From Sminthopsis crassicaudata (lineage: Eukaryota), in assembly GCF_048593235.1 (NCBI RefSeq), contig NC_133620.1:461805261-461869260 (forward strand): a stretch of DNA of 64,000 nt. Direction: 5' to 3'. Below the pieces are notes generated by a model. The model had not been told where the DNA came from and ran no database searches. It was given only the letters and a program-made list of their open reading frames with translations. Positions within the stretch are counted from its first letter, which is position 1. The number at the start of each line of letters is the position of its first letter. Shown piece by piece: positions 38,451 to 47,930 of the stretch. The position numbers and the translations under genes were made by a program.

Positions 38451-39598
38451 CCACCATATGCACACTGAAAAAACTCTGGGGCTTTACTTCATACTCCTCT
38501 TCTGTTAAGTTGGGGAAAATTAAAAAAAGGTACAAATGGTCAACATGGAAGAGACAAATACTAATAGACTGTGAATTCTGGAAAAGAATTTGGAATTAAG
38601 TGTAAAAAGTTAGTCTCCTCTCCATTTTTGCTTTCTAGCTCCCTTTTATGCGATGTTTTTCCGTTCGATTTTAAACTCTTTGGGGGCAGGAACTATTTTA
38701 CTTGTAATACCCCCAGCCCTTAACATAGTTCCTGAAATATGATCAAGCCATCTAGCCCACTCCTCTCATTCAACAGATAAGGAAGAGAAAGCTCAGAATG
38801 GTTGGGATTTGCTGCAATCACACAAGTAAAAAGCATCAAATCTGGGTCATCTGAGTCCAGAGTTCCTGCTCATTTCCCTACTCCTTGTCACTGACCCTCT
38901 GGGAAAAGCAAGATAAATCTATTTCTCCTCATGTGTGTGACAACCCTTTCAATTCCCGAAGACAGCTATCATGCTCTGCTAGGTTTCCTTATCTCCAGGC
39001 TAAACATTCCCACTGCCCTCCACTTTCTTCCTTTTCTGCCCTCCAGTCCTCAGCAGAGTAAATCTACTTCCACATGCCAAGCCTCCAGACATCTGAAGGG
39101 AGCTCTCACAGCCCCAAAGTTTGGGCTGGTCTGAGTGACGTGAATGCAAATTGAATAAGGTTCTGTTTTCTAATATTACAGATTCGATAATTGGTCTAGC
39201 CAAAAAGCATCCAGGGCCACACATTAACTCAGCTTCTATTCAATATGTAATTAGCTTTATTAATCAACTGTATCAGATGTAATGACAGGGATTTAGGGTA
39301 ACTGAAAGGCATTGTTCTTAAGCAAGCAAAAAAAAAATACAGACTAGACTGAAGTGATTTTTTTAATCACAGAATCTCAGAGCTCAAAAGGACCTTTGTG
39401 GCCATTTTCTCTACAGTGTTCCTTGACACATGGTTCTGCAGTCTCTGACTACACAGCTCTGGTTATGGAGGACTTGAAAAAAGTAGACCTTGGGGGAGTG
39501 AACTCTCAACTTAGAGTCAAGAAATCCAGGGTTCAAAAATGCTTCTGTCATACACTATCTGTGTGACCACAGGCAAGTCATTAATTGAGCCTCAATTT

Positions 39599-39742
39599 TT
39601 TATTACAGTTTCTTATTTTTAAAACATATGCATGGATAATTTTTCAACATTGACCTTACAAAACCTTATGTTCCAAATTTTCCCCTCACTTTCCTCTACC
39701 TCCTCCCCAGATGACAAATAATCTAATATATGTTAAACATGG

Positions 39743-39784
<42 letters not shown>

Positions 39785-40353
39785 AAATATTTATACAATT
39801 ATCTTCCTGCACAAGAAAAATTAGACCAAAAAGGAAAAAATTGAAAAAGAAAACAAAATGCAAACAAACAAACAAAAAGAGTGAAAATGCTATGCTGTGA
39901 TCTATATTCAGTTCCCACAATCCTCTATCAGGGTGTAGATGGCTCTCTTCATCACAAGATCATTGGAAGTGGCCTGAATCATCTCATTGTTGAAAAGAGC
40001 TACGTTCATCAGACTTGAGCATCATATAATCTTGTTGCTGTAAACAGTGATCTCCTGGTTTTACTCATTTCACTCAGCATCAGTTCATGTTTCTCCAGGC
40101 CTCTCTGAAATCATCCTCTTGATCATTTCTTATAGAACAATAATATTCCATAACATTCATATATCATCACTTATTCAGCCACTCTCCAACTGATGGGCAT
40201 CCACTCAGTTTCCAGTTTCTTGCCACTAAACATTTTCACATACGTGTGACCCTTTCCCTTCTTTATGATCTCTTTGGGATATAAGCCCAGTAGAAACATG
40301 ATTGGGTCAAAGTGTATTCACAGTTTGATAGCCCTTTGGGCATAATTCCAAAT
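39599..40353 (-). mobile_element. 5'-truncated L1 (3' UTR and ORF2 end) inserted in a MIR; internal (TA)n at ~39745-39781
   Basis: 14 bp TSD ttga(g/a)cctcaattt at 39585-39598 and 40354-40367. The MIR core resumes after the insertion. Confidence 0.9.
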
Positions 40354-40735
40354 TTGAACCTCAATTTCTTAATCTGTAAAATTGTAACTCAATCATTAAA
40401 AATCCTTAAGCCATAAAATTTTAACATCACATTAAGACATTTGGGACAATCTGTTTTATCTACTTGGTGTTGTGCTAGGTGCTACTATACTTGGTGTTGC
40501 ACTTGGTACTTGGTGTTGTTCTAGGTGCTATTGATAAAACAAAAGACAAAGACTAAGACAAAAATAAAACAATCCATGCCTTTAGGAAGACTACATTCTA
40601 GTGGGTTTCCAAAACATGTTAACAAGGAAGTATACAAAAGGACACTTAATAATTTAATTCAGTAGGTGTTTAATAAATGCTTATTTACTAATATACTTTT
40701 ACTAATTTACTAATATAGGATAAAATACTCTATAG

Positions 40736-40912
40736 CAGTAGTTCTCAAACTTTTGTTCTCAGGATCTTGACACCATTAAAATCATTGAGGATCTTTCCAA
40801 AGAGTTCTTGTTTATATGGATTATATTTGTAGATATTTACCATGTTCTAAGTTAAAATTAATTTTGAAGTTGTAGATACTCTGAAAGGGTTCCAGAGAGT
40901 TCTGGGATCATG
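40736..40912 (+). mobile_element. Ancient Charlie4-like hAT MITE
   Basis: cagtagttctcaaacttttgttctcaggatc...aaagagttcttgtttatatgg, preceded by the Charlie-type target ctctatag. Confidence 0.7.
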
Positions 40913-40914
40913 AA

Positions 40915-41130
40915 GGACTATATGGTATATTGGTTAGAAAGCTAATCTCCAGACAGAGAGATCTGAGTTCAAATTTGGCCTCTGCTCAGATAGACAAATC
41001 ACCTTACTTTTCAGAGCTCTAGGAAACTCTTTGAGACTTACAGAGTTATAGAGAAGCTGCCAACCTGTATGGGGAGAGGAAATTTCCTCATCTGTGAGCT
41101 CCCTATTAGAAGAAACGCATAGATCTTGTC
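40915..41130 (+). mobile_element. Marsupial core SINE with MdoRep1/Mar3-type tail
   Basis: B box gagttcaaat plus tail gagaagctgccaacctgtatgg...tttcctcatctgtgagctccctatt. Confidence 0.65.
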
Positions 41131-41733
41131 CCTAACCTTATGTAAAATCAGAGTACTAGAGCTGTTGGGTTCAAGCCCCTCATTTTATAGATGAGGAAAC
41201 TGAGGCAAATAGGTTAAATTACTAGACTTCACAAAACTAGTAAGTATGAAATTGGATTTGAATATACATCATCCTAACTCCAGGCCCAGAATTCTACCCA
41301 TCTTGCTGCCCAATAAACTGGGTACCTTAGTTACCTATACATAACAACCTTCTGCATCCTGCTAAGCACTATAGTATGTCCTAGGGATATCAGGCCTTTC
41401 CCTATAGAGCAAGATGATAATAATACCTACCTCAAGATGTATGTAAAGTGTTATGTAAATGTCGGTTGTTATTAAGTACCAACTGAGAAAACTCTACATA
41501 TCATATAGTTATAAAAATATCTTTTTCTTCCTCGAATAGTTCCCCAAAGATAGATACATCATCAAGTGATTAACATTTGTTAATCAGGTTGTTACTGTTA
41601 CCTTCACCTCCTCTGAGGAGGGAGTGTAAGTGACTTGGAATATTTAGGGATCACTCAGATTCCTCACTCCCCTATCTCTGAGCCACAGTTTCTTTATCTG
41701 TTAAAACATAGAAATTTTTATGCTAGAAAATTT

Positions 41734-41914
41734 TGCTAGAAATTTTATTAGGTGCTTAGTAGCAAAAGCAAAGGTGAAATAGTCCTTGACCTTGAAGAGC
41801 CTTTGCAAGAAAAAGAGAGGGGTGAGGGGAAAAGACTACTGGGTTTGGTTTGGAAAAAAGAGAACATAATTTGAACTCCAGCTCTACTATTTACTCTATA
41901 TATAGTCTTATTTA
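41734..41914 (+). repeat. Dispersed direct duplicate of 44300-44482
   Basis: Manual alignment gives about 9 substitutions and one 2 bp indel over ~181 bp. Confidence 0.95.
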
Positions 41915-42002
41915 GACTTTATTTAGAAGTTGGACTAGATTATCTTGAAGGTCTTATTGTCTAGGAACAGTAACATCTGATGAAAGAATCAGAGATTTAA
42001 AG

Positions 42003-42220
42003 CGGTGGTCCTCAAACTTTTTAAATAGGGGGCCAGTTCACTGTCCCTCGGACTGTTGGAGGGCCAGACAATAGTAAAAACAAAAACTATGAACCTCAGC
42101 CCAGTGCCAGAGTTTAGGTGCGACGTTACTTTCGGTCTGATTTTGCCATAACCCAGCAGGCCACATAACCGTCCTCTATGGGCCGCATCTGGCCTGGGGG
42201 CCATAGTTTGAGAACCCCTG
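42003..42220 (-). mobile_element. OC1-like hAT MITE, 218 bp variant
   Basis: TIRs plus a perfect 8 bp TSD atttaaag at 41995-42002 and 42221-42228. Confidence 0.93.
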
Positions 42221-42428
42221 ATTTAAAGTAAAGATCCTCAGAGACCACATCCAAACCCCTTTGTTCTCTAGATGAAGAAACAGAGGTCAGTCTACAAGGA
42301 TTCGTTAAGTAGTGGGATAAGAGGATAAATATCTTGCTGATAGACACACAAGGAATAAGTTGCAGAATTTGAACCCATTTCCAGTGGTCTTCGCTGAAAT
42401 ATAGTCTAGCTTAGAAAAGTAGGGGATC

Positions 42429-42880
42429 TGGTATATGAAGGTACTGAAATATTATTGTTCTATAAAAATGATGAGCAAGCTGATTTTAGAAAGTCCTGGA
42501 GAGATTTACACCAATTGATGCTGAGTGAAACAAATAGAACCAGGGATACATTGTTCACAGTAACAGCAAGATTGTGTGATAATCAACTAAGAAAGATTTG
42601 GTTCTTCTCAGTGATTCAGTGATCCAAGGCAATCCTCATAGACTTTGGACAGAAAATGGCATCTGCATCCAGAAAACAAACAAACAAACAAACAAACAAC
42701 AACAACAAAAAAAACTGTAGAGATTGAATGTAAATCAACATATGCGATGTTCACTTTTTCTGTTTATTTTTTTTCCTTTCTGCCATAGTTTTTCCCTTTT
42801 GCTCTGATTTTTCTTCCCCAACATGATTCATAAAGTAATGTATATTAAAATAAATAAATAAATTTAAACTTGCAAAATAA
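42429..42880 (+). mobile_element. 5'-truncated L1 (3' UTR)
   Basis: L1 3' UTR, A-rich tail, perfect 14 bp TSD aaaagtaggggatc at 42415-42428 and 42881-42894. Confidence 0.93.
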
Positions 42881-43037
42881 AAAAGTAGGGGATCCATTGG
42901 TCTAGGCCCTAAACGATCTTTACTGATCAAAGCAAGTTTGCCTCTTATGGGGCACAAAGATACTTCTTGTCTGACTGGGACCCTTTGGTACCTATATTAC
43001 CTAGGTAGGTTCCCAGTCCAAAAAGGAAAGGGTGGCT

Positions 43038-43228
43038 CAGGGGTTCTCAAATTATGGCCCGCGGGCCAATTGCCTGACAGCTGAGGACGTTTATGCAGCC
43101 CACCGGGTTATGGCAAACGGGCTGAGGGGCGGAGATAGAGCGTGAGTTTTTATTTTTACTATAGTCTGGCCCACCCACAGTCTGAGGGACAGTGAACTGG
43201 CCCCTATTTTAAAAGTTTGAGGACACTG
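43038..43228 (+). mobile_element. OC1-like hAT MITE, 191 bp
   Basis: Same subfamily as 26429-26620. TIRs present; flanks gggtggct and gtagattt are not a TSD. Confidence 0.85.
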
Positions 43229-43505
43229 GTAGATTTAGACTTGGGATCCATAGCTGATAGTCCAAATCTTGGAGAGAGATCCTAGTTTCTGCCTTCTGAG
43301 CTAACAGAGCTTTTACCTCTACATCTACGCTCTCCTCTGGGTCTTGCTAGGGGTCTTGGCAAAAAAGGAATTTCACTGTCCTTTAACCCTTCATTTTCTA
43401 CCTGAGGAAACTGAGGCACAGAGCAATTAAGTAATTTTCCCAAAATCACACATATAGTAAGTTTCTGAGATAGCATTTGAACTCAGATCTTCCCCTCTCT
43501 GAGGC

Positions 43506-43543
43506 CAGTTCCTTAACTTCTACACAGTTCCTTAACTTCTACA
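43506..43543. repeat. Perfect 19 bp tandem duplication
   Basis: cagttccttaacttctaca x2. Confidence 0.95.
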
Positions 43544-44299
43544 CTGTATTACCTAAAGTAACCTCATCCCCTCTATCTGATAGCTTTTCATGAATGGAAA
43601 CAGGCCAGCCAATTACCAAATCCCAGGCAAGCAGCCTTTCCCTATTCTCCCAGTCTGACCCCCTGAGAGTGTTCAATAATCTGCATTGACTTTAAGAGGA
43701 GGGGTAGGAGTAGGGAAGGAGGAAGGAGGAAAGCAATCATTAAATTGCTAAGCCCTTTCCATGAAACAATCAAAAGGAAAGTTTCAATCCAATGACACCT
43801 AATTAAAAATTCAGAGGTGCCCAATGTTGATTCATGAAAGCTTGTGCACTTTTAAATTGTTGCCAGGGAGATCAGGGCCTGAGAAAATTAAAAACCATTA
43901 GCCTCAAAAGGATAAATGATTTTCACAGCTTTCCAATGTGGTTTCCTGTTGTGTAGGATTTTGTATGTTTTCATTTTTTTTTTTCATTTCTGCTTCTCTC
44001 TCCCTCCTACGGAGAGGGAGTGAATTGCTTTTGAAGCTTTCAGAAAGTACTCAGCCCTGAAGGATGGCAGCTTTGCAAATTGGGACTGAGAAATTCCAGG
44101 AGCCCAGGGTATATTCTATGCCCTGAGTAAATCAAAGAAGACCTAATATCTGGCCTTCTTGCTGTGTTAGCAAGGGACAGTTTCTCGTTGATAATTGTCC
44201 TACTGAGGATGATCTTGAATGCCCAGATTTCTCAGCTGGGCAGCTTTGAAGATACTTTTGTTCCTTTAACCAGTTGGTATTTATTAAGCACCTAATGTA

Positions 44300-44482
44300 T
44301 GCTAGAAATTTTATTAGGTGCTCAGTAGCAAAAGCAAAGGTGAAATAGTCCTTGACTTTGAAGAGCCTAAGCAAGAAAAAGAGAGAGGGGTGAGGAGAAA
44401 AGACTGCTGGGTTTGGTTTGAAAAAAAGAGAACATAGTTTGAACTCCAGCTCTACTATTTACTCTCTATATAGTCTTATTTA
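44300..44482 (+). repeat. Source copy of the 41734-41914 duplicate (begins inside a reverse L2 terminus)
   Basis: Upstream context gtatttattaagcacctaatgtatgc is continuous L2-end sequence. Confidence 0.9.
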
Positions 44483-45534
44483 ATTTCTAAATTAAATGAA
44501 AATTAAATTAAATTAAATTTTGTTTCTTCAACTGTAAGACAACAAAACAAAGCAATCAGAATTTATTAAGCACTTACTAAATGCCAGAGACTGGGTTTAA
44601 TACTGAGGATACAAACCCAAGCAAAGAGAAATACAATTCCTGCCTTCAGAGAGCTTATATTCGAATGGGAGAAAGCGACACAGAAAAGGAAACTGGAAAG
44701 GACTGGTGCCATGTCATCAAAATCTTAAAAGTTAGAACAGTCGAGAGAGAGAAAAGTTGCTGGCTTGGGCCCTCCCCAGAATGGAAGCCCCAGGAGCATG
44801 TCAGAGAATACAACTGACATGGTGGATGAATGTTCCAGGAAGAAAAGTCTAATAAAGTTGGATGTAAATTGAATGGTCTGGGAAAGATGATTTTTAAGGC
44901 TTAACATCCTTTCCAGGGATTAGAAAAACAGTAGGAAAGATGACTTAGTTGGATCATAAATTTCATGGAGAATAGTATATAAGAAGTCTGGAAAGGTACT
45001 TTAAGGGCCAGCTCCCCACCTATAGCCTCCAAGACCTTGAGGAAAATGTTCTAACTCTGTGAATATCAGTCTCTTCATCTGTATAGTGATTGGGTTGGGA
45101 TAGAGACTCTCTAAGGCCTCCCTGCCACCTCTAAAAGATAAAAATTCTCTCATCCAAGATAACTGAGGAGTCTATCATCCAAATAATGGAAAATAAAGAG
45201 TAATAAGTAAACTTTTTTATATTGGATCTGAGAAGGTGATTCAGTTGAAAGATATTTATTAAATAGTGACAGACTTACTTTCCTGATAAATTCATATAAT
45301 CAGATTCTAGGGAAGTAAAATGCTTGCCCTCTTGGGACTTGTGGTTAACAGAGGACCAACAGTTTCTAGCAAAGGCAAGGAAGTGGGAGATTACAGAACT
45401 CATCTGGAGCACAGAAAGAATTCCAGTTTGGCTAGATGAGTGCAAAGAAGTAATAATGAAATAAAAAAGGCCAAGTGGGACCCAGTTTTGGAGAGTCTTA
45501 AGTGACACTAACCAAAGTGTTCAAACTTTACTTG

Positions 45535-46545
45535 ATAGGTAATTATTTGTCCTTTTTTTTTTTTCAAAGAGAGCAATGACATCACAGGATGATGTCTTGA
45601 CTTATACATGATTTAGATTTAAGTGAAGCAGAGTTGCACACAGCCCTCAGTCTCCCTTTCTCTTCTAGTGTCATCTCAGTCCAATGGTGAGACAAAATCA
45701 GGATGACTGGTGATAGCCCAATATACAGTGGATGGCCTTGTTAGGGTTTTATTACTCTCCCTAACTAATGCTAATCGGTCCTCATTCCTAGGCCTATCAG
45801 ACAAAAACTGGCAAATATAATATCATCAATCTCACCTCTGTTTTGAGGTCCTCAGAATCCTTCGGCTACTATCTCATAGAAAGTAGTTGAAGCATAACAG
45901 AGCACCCAAGAGTTTAAATGAGCAGCAACCTTAAATTTTATTCCCATAAATCACATCTACTCTATGACCTCCTGCACATACCTTAGTAGCGACTTCCCAG
46001 TCCAGTCTCCAGGTGGTAAGAGAGGGGAAAAAAGGAAAGAGAAAAGAGAAAAGGGCTCTTCTTGTCCCGAGCTTAAATAGGGTCAATGAGGTCACAGAAA
46101 CAAGCCAATCAAAGATGAAGGCTACATCCCAAACTTGACAGAGACTTCAGAGGGAGATCTAGGTTCCCGCCTTGGTTGGAGGTCCCACCCGTGAAGGAAG
46201 TCCCTAAGTACTCAACTCTTAAGCACATCCGGGGATAAAGACCCTTGGTCCACTTACATCTCAATTGTGCTTGCTTGACCTTTCTTTGGACCCTTAGATA
46301 GCCTTAAAATGGTTTACATCTGACCCAGCTCTCAGTGTTCCCCAGAACCTGCTTCAGCTGCCTGCAAGGCCATCAGAACAAGGTTTTCTCATCTATCCAT
46401 ACTGCCAGATGAAGTCTTCACATGCTTGGGGTGGACATCTCCCTAACTCATCAATGGGTTTGAGGTTTATTGGTCATCCTCTACCTGGTTTAGTCCATCT
46501 GCTGAGATGACTTGCCTGGGGTGTGGTCACTGTACATGGGAAACC
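45535..46545 (-). mobile_element. RTE-derived non-autonomous element (WALLSI/RTESINE-like) interrupted by an LTR
   Basis: RTE 3' end at 45535-45738 (similar to 8365-8620) and an RTE-type 5' region at ~46320-46545. Confidence 0.6.
45739..46258 (-). mobile_element. ERV solo LTR
   Basis: TG...CA termini. On the minus strand the order is ATTGG (inverted CCAAT box, ~46105), TATTTAA (~46075), AATAAA (45937-45942). The right boundary could instead be 46318; no TSD seen. Confidence 0.75.
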
Positions 46546-47689
46546 GGCCACTGATGATTTGGGGGCACAGAAAATTAAACTAAATGGGCTCAAAGTTGCC
46601 TTCCTACTCTAGATATATAAATCCCCTTGATATCCCACTAGGTGAATAATATGATCGAGTTCATATACAAACAAAACAAGCCAATCCATTTTCTGAAGGG
46701 CAAATTGATAAAAAGAAATGGTGGCTTTTAAGAGAAGAATATGGGCAAGTGATTGATAGTGAGGGTGGTACTAACAAGGCTGGCCATAGGAAAAGAGAAG
46801 AAGAGGCAGAATTTAGTCTCTGAAGTCCCTGAATGCACCTGGATCCATAACGTGTTTCTTTAATATTTTAGTACATGAGTCTTAGTGACATCTCTCGCTA
46901 ATTGCTAGAAGGGAAAACAAAGAGCAACTTCAAGCAACAAAGAGAAATCAGCACGATGGCAGTTGAAATGATTGTGCCAACAGTGACACATTAAGCTCTC
47001 AAGGGACTTGCTTGTAAATGCCCCTATCTGCATTCACCTTTGGGACCCTGTTCTCATTCCTTCACATCTGGGCCCCAGTCAATGCCTCCATTTCATCCCC
47101 ACTCTCAATAGCCCAAGGGACTCCTGGGAACACTGTGCTTCAGGAAGCTGGAGTCATCCATCAGTCCCTGTTCTTTGCTTAGAAGTTGGGTGAGGGGAAG
47201 AGAAACCAATTCTTCTCATTATGCATCCACAGCATGTTTTCTGTGATGGTAAGGCAGGAGAGAATGAAGTAGGACTCCTGCTTCCCCTTGGTCAATGACA
47301 GTGAGAACCACCAATAATCCTAATGCCCAGGATGGGGCGGGCATTCCGCCCCCAAAATGTAATATTCTTAAACCACAAATTGTGTCCTCTATTGATGTGA
47401 CCTTTTTTGTTTACCTTCTTCAGAGAACACTCTCTTTTACAGAAGAACTTATTATTCTTTTGCCTTTTAATTTTAGAAGAACTGGAAAAGAATAATAAAG
47501 CATTGACTAGAAATCAGGATTTCTCCTTCAAAGTCACCTTTGAATTAGTTCTGTGGCAAGTCTAGGTTCTAACTCAACTTCCTGGGCATAGGAAAGGTGG
47601 CCTAGTGTGGTGGGAGGATTATGATGTCAGAGTTCAAATCCCGGCTCTGACTATTAACTTTGTAAACATAAAGAATGTATTTAACCTCT

Positions 47690-47930
47690 CTAAGTCTCCC
47701 ATTCTGTATGAATAAAATGGGAATAGAAGCAGTTAGATGGCCTGTCTTCCTGAGTTTAAATCTGACCTCAGACACTTACTAGTTGTGTGACTCTGGGCAA
47801 GTCACCTAACCCTGTTTGCCTCTGTTTCCCCATCTGTAAAATGAGCTGGAGAAGGAAATGGTGAACTACTCTGTTATCTCAGTCAAGAAAATCCAAAATG
47901 GGTCACAAAGAGTCAGTCACAACTAAATAA
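47690..47930 (+). mobile_element. MAR1-type SINE nested in a MIR
   Basis: cctcagacacttactag...ctggagaaggaaatgg...gggtcacaaagagtcag. Confidence 0.85.

Noticed and set aside
42003-43228. Composite transposon formed by the outer ends of two inverted OC1 MITEs
   Set aside because: The outer flanks (atttaaag vs gtagattt) do not match, and the left MITE has its own TSD, so it inserted independently.
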